Shown piece after piece: positions 50,004-62,974 of a stretch of 64,000 bases of DNA. Source of the stretch: Gekko japonicus (taxonomy: Eukaryota). Location: NCBI RefSeq assembly GCF_001447785.1, contig NW_015168065.1, forward strand, positions 528,518-592,517. The letters run 5' to 3'. Position 1 is the first letter of the stretch. Each line of letters starts with the position of its first letter. Made by a program: the position numbers and the translations under genes. The notes under the pieces were generated by a model. It saw nothing but the letters and a program-made list of their open reading frames with translations, had not been told where the DNA came from and made no database searches.

Positions 50004-50345
50004 AAAAAAATCTTGTACTACCAATCTGGAGCCAGTAAAACTGTGCTATGTTTCATGTATTCCAAAACAGAAGTTATTTAATAAGATATTTCTCAGTACT
50101 CCCCAATGTTTCCTATTTCTACACTGGAAAAATTGGAAAAAGGTTCTCAGAAAAAACAAAACAAAACCCTGTTCCTCTCCATCCAGTTTTTCTCACCAGA
50201 CATTCTCATCTCTAATTACTACAAACCAAAACAGAACTTGTTCGAAAAATCAGGAACCCATCGGATATAGCATCTGTGTGTGCTCACTACTCACTCTCAG
50301 GGACATCATGATGACAATCATACATTGGGTTGGAGATTTTGGAGA
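50004..50345 (+). repeat. Segment B' (copy of 48056-48397)
   Basis: Direct comparison; it continues into a complete MITE body at 50327-50519. Confidence 0.97.
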
Positions 50346-50519
50346 TGGAGCCTGGGGAGGGTGAGGTTTGGGGAGGGGAAGGACCTCAGCAGGGTACAAT
50401 GCTATGGCGTCCACCCTCCAAAGCTGCCATTTTCTCCAGGAGAACTGCTCTTGGTCATCTGGAGATCCACTGTAACAGCAGGAGATCTCCAGGTGCCACC
50501 TGACGGCTGGAAACCCTAA
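50327..50519. mobile_element. TAGGGTTGCCA-family MITE, left end truncated
   Basis: Reverse complement of the 20804-21022 body; ends GGAAACCCTA. Confidence 0.8.
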
Positions 50520-53009
50520 CCACATACACTATTCAATAGACATCCATGACAGTGATACAGACCTCCACAGCAGCAATCCAGAAAGCATAAGCGGGGAAAG
50601 GAGGGAATGAAGTTTAGGCACTACCATAACTTGTAGTTTGAGTCTAGGTAAAACTATCTTTTCCCTAGCTCTGTGGAAACGTATCTGTATTCTCAGGGAA
50701 TACAATCATTATAGAGGTGCCTTCATTTTTGAGAAGGAAAAAGAAAGAAAGAAAACTGTATCTGTATAGAGACCCACAGATCCCATTTATAATTGTGCCA
50801 TTGCAAATTATCTGAAGAAGTCTTCATTCCTACTTTGAAAGCCATAAGCAACAACAAAAAATTGCCTTCCAAAACCTAACACTGCAATTGCCCTCTGGAG
50901 CTTTAATTGCACATAAAGGACAAGAGGCATGAATAAACTGCAGATGGCAGAATGAGCCATGTGAACCCTTGATTTCAAGCTGTCTCATAATGGAAGGATT
51001 ATTAATAAGCATGTAGGCAGCAAAAGCTATCACCCATTATTACACTTAGAACTCCATTTCATGCCAATCAAGTCACATACATACCAACCTAGCCAATCCT
51101 ATTGGCGTGATGAAGATTAAATTAAGTCCATTAACTCCTAACGAGTTCCATTAATCAGTAATGAGGTTTCATTCACTTTGAAGTTGTTAGAATATGGAAA
51201 ACAAGCAAGTTTGACTGGGATAACTTAACTTGACATTCTCCATCATTTCTAGACAAGGAATGCATTAAGATGGGATGAAATGAGAAGGATAACAGGCAGC
51301 CCTTCCCTAAGGACCATGTTGCTAGAACTGAAGGTCAAGACTAGAGTTCGGAGTGGTTCTGCATTTTCTTTAGTAGTGGAGTCAGTCCAGTCATCACTGT
51401 CAGATCTCCCTCAGGGCATGCATAATTTTTAACTGTCGCTATTTATTCAAAAAAGCATTGGTGGGGTGGAGGTATAAGTTGCTTCTTTCAGGAGACTGAA
51501 TGGTTAAATAAAATTAGAGATCCAGCAAGAGTTTATGATAGCCTTTTGTCAAAATCATTCTAGAAGAAGCTACTTTGGTTTTTGGCATCTATATGTCTCA
51601 AACACACATTAAAAAAGCTGGGCTGGTAGGAAATTTCTGAGAATGGAAAATATGGGTGATCATCTTACTGCAATCTCATTTAATCATTATATGAATCCCC
51701 AAGCATGCCCTACATAGAGCATAGGTAACAAAGTATCACCTTGCCTACATTGAAATAATCATTACATTGCTATTGATTCAATTCTTACGTACTTTTAAAC
51801 TACCCATCTGCTGGAGGCTAACCAATGGTCAACAGAAATGGACTTACTACAGATAAGGACTCATATTACAACACTGGAAAAATAAAAACCCACCTCCAAA
51901 AAAACAATGAATCAGGGACCTTAGAACTCTATCAGCATTTCAACACATGGCATATAGACGACAGCTGCATATGGTCCTATTTTTAGATATTTGGAAATCA
52001 TTTATAGAAGCTTATGTATAGATTCACTGCCACTTTTGTTATACTTCTGTCTTGTATTTATGTATTTTTAATTTTTTTCTTCTTTAAAAAAATCTTAGTG
52101 ACTGTTTTTCCCTTTGCTCCCCACCCCCTGCTTTTTGGAAATAAATAAATAATGATACTATAGATATAGGTTGTGGCCAGTTAACCCACACATTTTCCAA
52201 ATCAGTTAAGTGCGTGGGTATTTTATACGGGATAGGATAAGCCAAGGGAGCCTCCCCCCCCAATAAGAACTGGAACCCACAATTGTAATAATCTTCTGTC
52301 CCTTTTTTGAGACTGTGTACCCATTAAAGACCTAATGGGCCAACCAAAACCTTTTATTACTAGTTCTTTTTGTGAAAAGCTGCAAGGAACACCATTACAT
52401 TCTCCCATGTGTCAGTTGAAGTCTATTTTTCACACCAACGTCAACAAAGAATTATTCTATAATTCCATCCTATAATATACACCTTTCCTTTCCCTTGTTT
52501 GCTTGCATTGCAATCCATCAAATTATATTCTGTCTTGGTCATTAAAGACAGACACCTGTAAATATATATTTTCACACCAAACTAAAATTATTTGGCATCA
52601 CCCCAGCCTTTTCTCCCACTCTCCCTACAGACAAGATGCTTCTGTCAAGCAGATGGGTGGATTACTTCAAACCTTCCAATAAGAATTAATGAAAATATAA
52701 ACTAGGATTTATTGAGTGATGGCAGATGGCTGGAGGATTTTGTAGAGGTGTGACTTGTCTAATTTACAACAAGAGTGAGCTCAACCTCTTGCTGTGGACA
52801 AAAGATTAGTTCTGCATTGCATTAGGAACTTCTGCTTGATTAAATGTCAGGACAGAAACACAGATAGATTTTACCTTATCTTCTATTAATTTAACATAAC
52901 AGTTGACAATTTGATTATGATAAAGCCTTAATAGAGAATAATGATTTTGGTTCTTTTAATGGTTTATTGTGGAATAAACACCTCTATGGAAAGCTATTCA
53001 ATGTACTCC

Positions 53010-53235
53010 ATGGGAGCAGGCTGGAGCTTAGTGGAAGAGCATCTGCTTTGCATGCAAAAGATCCCAGGTTCAGTCTCCAATATCTCAAGCGTTGTTGTTT
53101 TTTTTTAAGGGTCATGCAAGGAGGTAATGTAAAAGACCTCTATCTAAGACCCTGGACAGCTGTTGGCAGTCAGGGTACACAGTACTGAGCTTGGTAACCA
53201 GTGATCTGACTCACATAATGCCACAAGGTGTTCTT
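53010..53235 (+). mobile_element. tRNA-derived SINE with CR1-type tail
   Basis: GCTTAGTGGAAGAGCATCTGCTTTGCATGCAAAAGATCCCAGGTTCAGT tRNA-Ala-like head; body homologous to 41030-41242. Confidence 0.65.
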
Positions 53236-53774
53236 GTGAACACCCTGTGGCTTGTTGCCTGGAAAACACTGCCTGGGGCCCAGAGGCTCTATACTGCAGC
53301 TGGGAAGAAGCTCTAACAGCAGGGCAGACATTTTATACCTGAAACCTGGGAACACCATTTGTCTATAGAATGGCTATGACAACATCCTGTGAACAGCATG
53401 AGGTTTAGCTCCTCGCTAATTCTCTGCATTGTGCCAAGATCTGATCACCACCACCTCAAGGCACAGATGAATCTGGTACTCTACAGGGTGGGGGGGGTTA
53501 AAACACTTATGGAGACTTCTCAGTTTGACTGGTTTCTGGAATGCTCTGGGGGATTTTAGGATCTCAGCTCTGTTGAGGCTTGGTATGAGCTTGGAATGAG
53601 AAGCTCCTGGAAGTTTGAGGTAGAACCCAGCCCCTTGGTTTACTATGAAGGGGGCCAGGAGACATCCAAAATGGTCTTGGTGGAAAACTCAAAATAAATC
53701 TGACAGACTATGCTATAAAGCTCACTGGATGAGGAGCTGTGATACCTAGGGTTGCCAACCTCCAGGTGGTATAT

Positions 53775-55010
53775 CAAAATGAGAGCTCACAGGAGGAGAT
53801 TGTATCAATGTAAATAAAGACACTCCGTGAATGAATTATGAACAAAAGCAGAAAGATTATATTGTACAAAACCATTCAAACAGTTTTAAATCTTTGTTAA
53901 AGTTCAACAAACCCTTATATATTCTTAAAGAGTTAGGATCAAAAAGTACTTGATACAAAGGGAAAACTCTAAATGAAGTCCCCAAATCCTTTGTATAAAA
54001 ACTTCAGTGGAACTAGGGGATGTAGTAAATATGTTATAATATAGTGGATGCAACATAGAAGTATATTTTCAGTTTCACAGATAAAGAGTACCAGCTATCT
54101 GAAGAAGCAGAACATGAACGTGGCAGTGAAGCCAGCTGTGTATAGCTGCTACTCCTGCAAGATGTAGGACCTTTGTTCTCCTGAAGTTTTTGAAGGTGCC
54201 GCTTCTGTGATCAGCCCGTTTAGCCCCGCCAGGGAGCCGTACTCAAAAGATACCAGTGAAAAACCAGTACATTTGATTGCCAGCAGAATTTCCTCCATCT
54301 GATCGTTCCAGCGTGCAATCAGCCCATCTTAGCGATATGCACATAAACGCATAAACACATGACAGCCACAGAGCTCTGCTCAAACGTTCCGGATAATTTC
54401 ATGTTTCTTTCTTTCTTTTTGACCCCCCGGAGGAGATTTTTTATTGCATTTTTTAATAGACTACAAACTACAACGAAAAATTGGGAAGGGGTAACTACAT
54501 CTAGGGAGAAAGGAAAGAAAACCACAACTAACTAAAACCCCAAGTATAGGAGACCATAACAACAGCTTATATAAATGTTAATCTTAAATTGCTAGTATTA
54601 CTTTGAACATAGTCGGCTATGCTAAATTTTTTATCTTTTTGTCCAATGTTTTATCCATTTAAGAGAACCCCCAGAGCATCCTACAATAAAACTAAAGTTT
54701 AAAGGCACAATTCAGAGTTCTTCAGCCTTCATTTTGTCTTATCTTTTCTAATCCTCAATTTATATGTACGCTTGGGGGCTGCCGTCCCCTTATCAGAAAG
54801 AGAGTCCTCGTCAGAAGACACCGAGTCCAATTCGCCACTGGATTTGCTGTCAACTTCTTCCTTCCCGACCTCGGCTGGCTCTCCTAGCTGCACTCTCAGG
54901 AACTCACGTGCTTTGGAAACAGAGTCAATCTTTTCTTTTTTATCTTGTAGTTTGAAAATGACTCCTTCTGGAATTAACCACCTGCAGACAATGCTGTTTG
55001 TTTGAGGAAA
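53775..55010 (-). mobile_element. L1-clade fragments (ORF1 C-terminus, spacer and probable 5' UTR piece)
   Basis: Minus strand 55005-54729 translates CRWLIPEGVIFKLQDKKEKIDSVSKAREFL…*, matching the lizard L1 ORF1 FRWL.PEG..F motif; CpG-richer segment starting AAGATGG at ~54330. Confidence 0.55.
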
Positions 55011-55329
55011 AATGATTAATGGATAATTTCATGTTTCTGAATGGTTCTGAATGGTTAATTGAAATGGTACCTAGAGGGAGGTACTACTGGTGGTGCTTTA
55101 ACCATTCAATTCCATGCATGTACAGAAAAACAAGTGCATGTTGAGGTGCAGATGCTCATGCACAAACAGAATTTTTTTCAAAATCCCAACCATGTTGCTC
55201 CTTCAGGTGGATGCCATCTAGGCAATCCACCGCGGAGTACATGCGCGTTAAGGGGAGCTGTCTGGTCGTGCAAGGCTGGATAAAAAAGATCTGGATCAAA
55301 TTAAAGTTGGGCCAATGGCGGGATTAGCT

Positions 55330-56410
55330 GCCTGTCTGAACGCATCCTCAGTAAATAATCTAGATGCTATACTGGATCCAGTATTATTGTTAGCGAAGCA
55401 AGTAATGCAGCTGCAAAAAACAATTTCAGAAGAAGCTTTCTTCCACTTCAGCTTAACTTGGAAGAAGGTTCCGTACCTTGATCTAGTCACATGTATTAAA
55501 ACTACAGTAACCTCAAGGTTAGACTGCTGTAATGCACTCTACATGCATTAGTGGCCCTGAAAAGAAGAAGAGGGAGGAGTATAATTTTTTTTGTAAGGAA
55601 ATACATGGCTCTGCCCTTAGATTCAGCTCAGAAACTCCAACTGGTACACGATGCCGCCGTTCATTTATTATTTGGAGCTAGGCAGACTATGTATGTTATA
55701 CCTAGTTTGCAGTCACTTAATTGGTTATCCATCAAGTTACTAGGTTCAAAGGTACTGACTATCACATACAAAGAAAGTCCTTTGTGACCTTGATGGCACC
55801 TGGTATTTTTGGCCACTGTGTGACAGAATGTTGGACTGGATGGGCCATTGGCCTGATCCAACATTGGCTTATCTTATGTTCTAATGTTCTTATTTGCAGG
55901 ACCACCTCTCCTGCTGTACTAAACAACAACAGCTTTGCTCAAGGTGCCGCCCTGCAAATGGGTAGAAACAACAGCTGCCTTTACTGAGCTCTCTTTGTTG
56001 TGCATCCCATCTTGTGGAATAGTGTGCCTAAGGAAGTCTAAAAGTTCCCAAACTTTCCACAGAATATGTAAAGCAGAACTATATAGGAGAACATTTTTAA
56101 TGAAGGAAATAGGGTTGTAGCATAGTTCAGGAGACTAGTTTCATAAAAGGAGTTTGATGGTAGTCTATTGCACTGCTTATTGCTTTTTCTGCCTTGTCTT
56201 CTACTTTTATAGGTTATTTTATGCATTGTTTATGGTATCTCACGGGTTCCTGTGTGTGTTTTGGTCTTTACTGTCTTCAAATTTTGTAGTTCTAATCATA
56301 TTGCATTATTCATTGGATTTTATTCGATCCAATTGATGCTGTCTGATCATACTGCTTTTTATATTTTGTAATCCACCTTGAACCTCCGTAAGAAAGATGG
56401 GCTATGTGTG
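55330..56410 (+). mobile_element. Old L2 LINE 3' fragment, with a CR1 3' UTR inserted at ~55787-55890
   Basis: VTSRLDCCNALY, QKLQLVHDAAVHLL and CKAELYRRTF; tail TGTAATCCACCTTGA; the insert is the reverse complement of 30560-30660. Confidence 0.8.
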
Positions 56411-58439
56411 AAGTAAACAGCGCTCCAAAAGTAGGCACATTGCTTACTTCCCTGTAATAAAATGGTTTCTGTCCATTTCACTTCCAAGTCTTTACAGATA
56501 TTTTGTTGTGTTTTGGTGCCCTCCTGTTGTGGCAAAAAAATGCAAGCCTTCCAAGAACTGAACAAAAGATTGATCTATGTCACAAAGTCAGCAGAGGTAT
56601 CTAAAGGTATCTAAAGATGGAGCCAGGATAAGGAGAACTCCAAGTACATATTTTAAAAATTGGATTTAAACTGTGTGAGAGTGGTGTGCCATCAAGTCAC
56701 TTCCAAGGAAGAGAGGAGTGGTCCTCTTTGACCACCAAAAGGACTGTGCTGGGGATCATGACACTTTCATGGAGAGAAGGCCACAAGGGACAGGGGCTAT
56801 ATTAACATTACATGCAGAAGTTGGAATAGGGTGGAAAGCTGAGGTTAAATGCCAAGAAGCCATTCAATCCATGGGTAAAGAACTCTACATTAATTAAGAC
56901 TTCATCCTTTTTAGTAAAACCCTAACTCATTGTTAGTTCATTAAGAAACATTCTAAAGATTTTGTAGAGTGTGAGGCCTCTAGAGAACAAAATACATGAA
57001 AGAGCAAGAAAAATGGAAAAACGAGGTTACAAATAAACTCATGGGGATAATGATGGATTAAAATAGTCTAATTCCATGCTTCACATTTGTGTGATTGTTC
57101 ATCTTTCCATTTCTTCACATTTTTACTTCCATTAACTTTAACATGTCACTATAATCAATGAGGTACAGCTTTGCCTTGAAGACATTATTAACCAATGAAG
57201 CACTTGGAAATTCCAGTGACAGTTTCTCCTAAAACCTTTAATTCAGATACTAAATTAAGAACCGAAGCTTCTCCTAAAATCCTCAGTGCAAGCAATAAAT
57301 TAAGATTCACTTAAAAAAAAAAAGTACATCCTTAACACTGTACTGTATTTTTACATTAAGGTCAGTAAAATAACCCTCACAATGTCATTGATACAAACAC
57401 ATGGCAAATCAGAATTATTTTAAAATATCCCTATTTTTGTGAGCTCTGTATCAATCAAAATCACAGTCAACGTGACATTTATTTCAATACCGTATGTCAA
57501 GTTTTTGTTAATTGCAAAGTCCCGTGCAGCATCCTCTTAACTCAAATTAACCCCCAGGGTGTTCTTCGCAGGTACAACATATGCTTGCTAATTGACAACT
57601 GTGTTGTCATATGAGATGTGAGTCACATATTCCCATGGTACTGGACAATTCCAAAATCCATAATATTCCATAATATAATTCCATAATATAGGACAATTCC
57701 ATAATATCGGTTATTTTATATTGTGAAATGTAAGTTTCACGATGGAATATTCTTAAAAGAGATGAAAGTTACATAGGCTTTCTCCTTCAGTGGAAAACTA
57801 TAAAGGTGAAACATTTCAAAACAAAAGATATACACTGTGTTTCATGGGATTACATTCAAGTACATGGGGAAAAATCATCTTCAAATGCTTGTAAATGGCT
57901 TTGGTGCTGTAGATTAAGAAAAAAGATTTTGTTCTCTGTCACTGGCTCACTCTGTTCATATGTAATCAAATCAGTGCTCTTTTGCTTCCTCATTCCCTTT
58001 CTCTTATCCTCACATGCTTGAAAGCAATTAGTGAATTCCAGTTTAACACCAATTATATTTCCCATAATATCAAATTCAGCAAACTATGATTTATGTTTCC
58101 CCTTCAAACAAGGATTGAAAACAATGGGATGAAGCTGGTTTGTAATCTTAGTCTCAAGAGGATCACATATCATAATTTGACAGTTCCACTGTAACAGTAA
58201 ACTATGGTTTGAACTAAACTGGAAATAACCAATTCAGCTACAGTGTCTGAGGGTAATATGAGGGGCAGTGTATGAACTCAGGATTTAATTTTGATAGGAC
58301 AAAAACATAGACAGGCATTACATGTGAACTGATCCATTTTCCAATAGAAAATAAGTAGAAACCAGGCTTGAATAGACAATTTTCAGAATTGAGGGATCAC
58401 AAAATACAAAAATAACATCAAATTCTACCACATACTACC

Positions 58440-59560
58440 AACTATATGTGCTCCCTTGCCCAGTTAATCCAGAGGTTTGGGCTGGGTTGTCATCTGTATG
58501 CTGATGACACCCAGTTGTATCTGTTAATGGATGGATGGATGGAATCCACCCCAGATAATCTGGCCAGGGCATTGGTGGCTGTGGTTACAACAGAGCTGGC
58601 TGAAACTTAATCCAGCCAAGACAGAGGTCCTGTACCTGAGCTGTGGGGGGATCGGTTCAGGAATCCATTTTCCTACCCTTGGTGGGGTAACATTGATGCC
58701 AACACCAATGGTTAGGTGCTTAGGATGGACTCTGGATGCCTCCCTTTCCATGGAGGCACAGGTCACTAATGTTGCCAGATTGGCCTTTTATCATCTTTGG
58801 CTGGTCGGTTAACTGGTTCCCTACCTCTCCTCTCATGACTTCGCAACAGTGATCCATGAAATGGTCACTTCCAGGCTTGATTACTCCAACTCACTGTATG
58901 CAGGCCCAGCCTTAAACTTAACCCAGAAGCTTCAGCTGGTACAAAATGTGGTGGTGCACCTACTGACTGGGACATCTGTTTGGGTGCACATTCAGCCGGT
59001 GCTTTGCCAGCTGCATTGGTTGCCAGTTGAGTACCGAGTCTGGTTTAAGGTCTTGGTATTAACCTTTAAGGTTTTATGTGGACAGGGACCAGTATATTTG
59101 CAGGACCGCCTCTCCCCATATGTGCCCCAAAGAGCCTTGCACTCTTCAGACCAACACCATTTGGCAATCCCCGGCCTGAAAGATGTCTGCCTTACCTCAA
59201 CCAGGGCCAGTGCTTTTTCAGCTCTGGCCCCAGCCTGGTGGAACATGCTCCTGATTGAGATCAGGGCCCTGCAGGACTTATTGCAATTTTGCAGAGTCTG
59301 CAAAATGGAGCTGTTTTGCCAGGCCTTTGGTTGAGGCGGCAGATGTCAAATAACATCGGCTTCCCCTGCTCAAGCGACCACGGCTCTACTTATACCTTGG
59401 GTGCCTCGACTGAGTGATCCATTTATGCAGAATGCACCCCGCCCTCCCTGGCATGAGCCCAGCAGACATTGAAAGAAGAAGAAATTATTCTCTGTGCTGT
59501 TAGTAGATATTGAAACCAGTTGACTAAATCTTAATTGTTCAAGCTGAAGTTTCAATGAAC
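58440..59560 (+). mobile_element. L2 LINE 3' fragment
   Basis: YADDTQLY, LKLNPAKTEVL, VTSRLDYSNSLY, LHWLPVEYRVWFKVLVLTFK and ELFCQAFG*. Confidence 0.93.
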
Positions 59561-60390
59561 TGTTTTATTAATTAATATAAAGTACTGAGGCTGATGCATT
59601 GAAGAGTGATTACAGCTCAGACTTTATTAAATTACATTCAGATTGTGAGATGATTTAGCCGGCTTGCAGGCCGGCTTATATTCCCAAATCACACCACACT
59701 CACACACCCACCCACACCTGTGATAGGGTATTTACAGTGCACCCCTAAACCCATAGGGCCCTTCTAGGATCCTAGCCTCCTGATAGGTGCGTGCTAGGAT
59801 CTGTTCTGGCTATTGTCTTTGGAGATGAAGCTCGGGCCCTTCGCCTGACCAAGTGTGGAACCAACCATATGCGCGGACTTCCCTGGGTACACAACACCCC
59901 TCCCTCCTTGGTCCAGATGACCTGAACAGACATAGTCCTTTAGGTATGCGGGCCTTTTACGCTCCCTCGTGGAGCAGCGGATGACCGGAGCCAGAGCGGG
60001 ACTTCCTGGCACTGTTCCTGTCGGCTCTGGAGGCTGGATTGTAGTTGTTGGTATCGCTGCCGGTGCTGTCGAGCTGCTGGGCTTTGAGCAGCTCATTGGT
60101 TCGGGGTTGCCTCCATCTATCCCCTGGGCATTGTGCTGGCCACTGGAAGTGGAGGGTCCATTGCTTCCAGTTCCCCGGGGTAGATGTTGTCCTCGTCTGG
60201 GCCGTCTGAGGCCAGAGGCAGGACGCGGCTGCAGAGTTGATCTATGTGCCACCTCCATAGCTGTCTGTCCTTGCAGGTAACTTCATATGACAGTGGGCCA
60301 GTCACCCAAACCACTCTCACTGGAACCCAGGTGGGACCCCGGCCGTAGTTATGGGCATAGACCGGGTCTTCAGGAAAGAAGCTTCTTGTC
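59561..60390 (-). mobile_element. Gypsy LTR retrotransposon 3' end: integrase C-terminus, polypurine tract and 3' LTR (59561-59896)
   Basis: VYAHNYGRGPTWVP..VTGPLSYEV..LWRWHIDQL..RCSTRERKRPAYLKDYV; PPT AAGGAGGGAGGGG directly before TGTTGT; LTR ends …AAAACA and contains AATAAA. Confidence 0.85.
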
Positions 60391-61749
60391 TTCCCATAGT
60401 TTAGATCAATGTAAATGACCCATAGGTGTGAGAAACCTAAAACTTTAAAGCAATAAAATGTGTTCTTACAGAAATCCTTTGACCAAGAGGTTAGCTATTT
60501 GTACAGCAATTGATTCCTGAGATGCAATAATTTTCACACACCCACTAGTATCTCACTGATGGCTCATGTCTGTTTTATCTCAGATCCTTAGAACTCAAAG
60601 GAACATTGTAACTTCAAACATCCTTGCAGTGGCATTCTGAAATTTGAGGTGTTATCTGGCTTTGTTCTGTAAACAAATTTGCATCCTCTGGGATGTGGGA
60701 ACATCTCTTGTGTCAATGGTTTATCTGTATTTCTGTAATTTATGTCAATTGAGGTGATTAACTATTGCAATAGCTCGAGCTAAATCTTTTGATCTTTTTG
60801 TATCAATTTGGGCTCCTCAGACCAGTCCTTCACTGACTTTTGGGAACTTAGGGAGACTTTTTGTCTCTCTCTGTGACCATCAGTTAAGCCCAGAAGGCCT
60901 TCCATTTGCATACTTTTGGGGAAAAACTGTCCATTTATCTGTGTACTTTATTCCCTTTTTTTCTGTAAGAAATAGAGCTGTATTATTTTGACAATCAGCC
61001 TAGAGCCTTGCTGGCTGGTTGCCTAGTTTTAACCTTGACTAATCTTAATAAAGAAAAGTTTCTTTTTAAATAACCTTGTCAAAGTGCTTTCACCAGCGCT
61101 GGACAGTTCTCTCACACACACTCTTTGCCTTTGGTAAGAGGCAGCACCTAACGCATACAAATCACAGGTGGGTGGATTGCATATGTGTAGACACATTTCC
61201 CACCACACCTCATCTCCCAGGAACAGCACTGAGGACAGATTTGGGGGCTGCAAAGTAACTCAGTGTAGCTTAGCTTCCAAAAACTGACAGATGTCCAACC
61301 AACAGTATTACTACCAACCTATATTGAAAGTTGCAATATTAACAGAAACCTCATAAAGCTTTGTTTGTTCTCTTCAGTTTGTGCTCAAAGAGACAAATCA
61401 GGATGTGACCTGTAACACAAAATTCAGTGCTACTTTTCACAAAACTGCTGTTGTGTATCATTTTGTTCCAGAACATTATCATGGGTGAGAAGCATCACAC
61501 TTCAGCTGGGTGCTAAAAACAAATAGCTGAAACAGCAAGTACAACCTAATTGGAGCAGCTCATCCATTCTCTCATTCACAGGTTGTTGTTTTTTTCTATT
61601 TTGACTTTCATATTTGTCAGATTTTTCTTCTGAGTCTCTATTTTTGCAAATATTTTAACTAAGATAATATCTAATATAATATTTCTTCTTACCTATTTCA
61701 TATTCTGAATAAAATAGCTGTGAGGAAAACCATCCTGTACTGATGGAGT

Positions 61750-62037
61750 GAGAAGAGGAGGAGGAGGAGAAGAAGAAGAGTTGGATTTATACCCCACCCC
61801 TCACTCAGAGTCTCAGGATGGCTGAAGATCTCCTTCCCTTCCTCTCCCCACAATAGACACCCTATGACGTAGGTGGGGCTTGGAGAGCTCTGAAAGAACT
61901 TCTCATGATAGAACTGCTCTGAGAGAACTGTGACTGACCCAAGGTCACCCAGATGACTGAATGTGGAGGAGTGGGGAATCAAACCCAGTTCTCCAGATTA
62001 GAGTCCACCACTCCTAACCACTACACCAAACTGGCTG
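61750..62037 (-). mobile_element. Squam3-type SINE, full length
   Basis: Reverse complement of 1933-2208, with (TTC)n/(TCC)n tail. Confidence 0.85.
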
Positions 62038-62379
62038 TCTTCAAAGACAGGTTTTGAAAGTTCCAGGAAAGCTTCTAAGTCTTGGGAGTAAGGGAAGAGT
62101 ATAGCCCCTGTTTCACCAGTCAACCCAAGTGACCTTAAGGTTAGGCAGAGTTCCTCATTATGCTCTCTCTAAAACCTCAAGAAGGGTACCAAGGTTTGAG
62201 AACGCAGTATTTTGATTTGAAATTTCCAGTTTTTGCCATGATTTCTCCCCATTTGGAACAAAACCACAGCTGTTTTATTTCCTGGCCACACTTACAACGT
62301 TTATTGAAAACATTTTTAGCATGCCCTGCCTCCAAGGAGCTCATAACATCATGCATTTTTCTCCTTCTTCCATTTCGCC

Positions 62380-62520
62380 CTCCCAACAAAACTGCAGTGT
62401 TGGTTAGGATGAGATAGTGTGACTGGCTCAAGCTCACCATGCAAGCTTCATGGTGGAGGGTGGCATTGAACCTGAGTCTCCCAGATCCTAGTTCAACACT
62501 CTAGCCACTGGACCATGCTG
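62380..62520 (-). mobile_element. MIR/Squam3-related SINE, degenerate
   Basis: CCAGCATGGTCCAGTGGCTAGAGTGTTGAACTAGGATCTGGGAGAC..GGTTCAA head on the minus strand. Confidence 0.65.
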
Positions 62521-62974
62521 GTTTTCTCACTGACAACTGTTTTTGCATCAGTTGCATATAATGGCCTAAAAATGAAGAAAAAGGTAAGATAGCATACAGT
62601 GGTGTAAAAATGCCATAAAAGAAAAGAAACAAGCAAATCAGGAATAGTGCCAGTGAACAATGGGCAACCCAAAAGCATATAAAAACAAACAAAAGAAAAA
62701 ATGGTATGTCCATGTAGCCCTGATGATGAGGAAACTGTTAGGAAGGAGGAAAACTTCTCCTGAACAAAAAAGCTCATAATTGCCAAGCTCATCCCCAATT
62801 AAGTGAAAAAAATACCCAGCAATCACTATTGATTTCGTAATACAGCAGCCAATCTCGACAGCTTGTCACACAACTTCCATTGCAGAATATTTATTTATTT
62901 CGGACATTTTTAACTCATCATTCTCTAACAAAGGACTCAAGATGCACACCAAGATTCCCATTCTGTCTGGAATA

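Noticed and set aside
52180-52600. Possible L1 endonuclease fragment on the minus strand
   Set aside because: Only a weak MGECNGV (GDFN-like) motif; too decayed to call.
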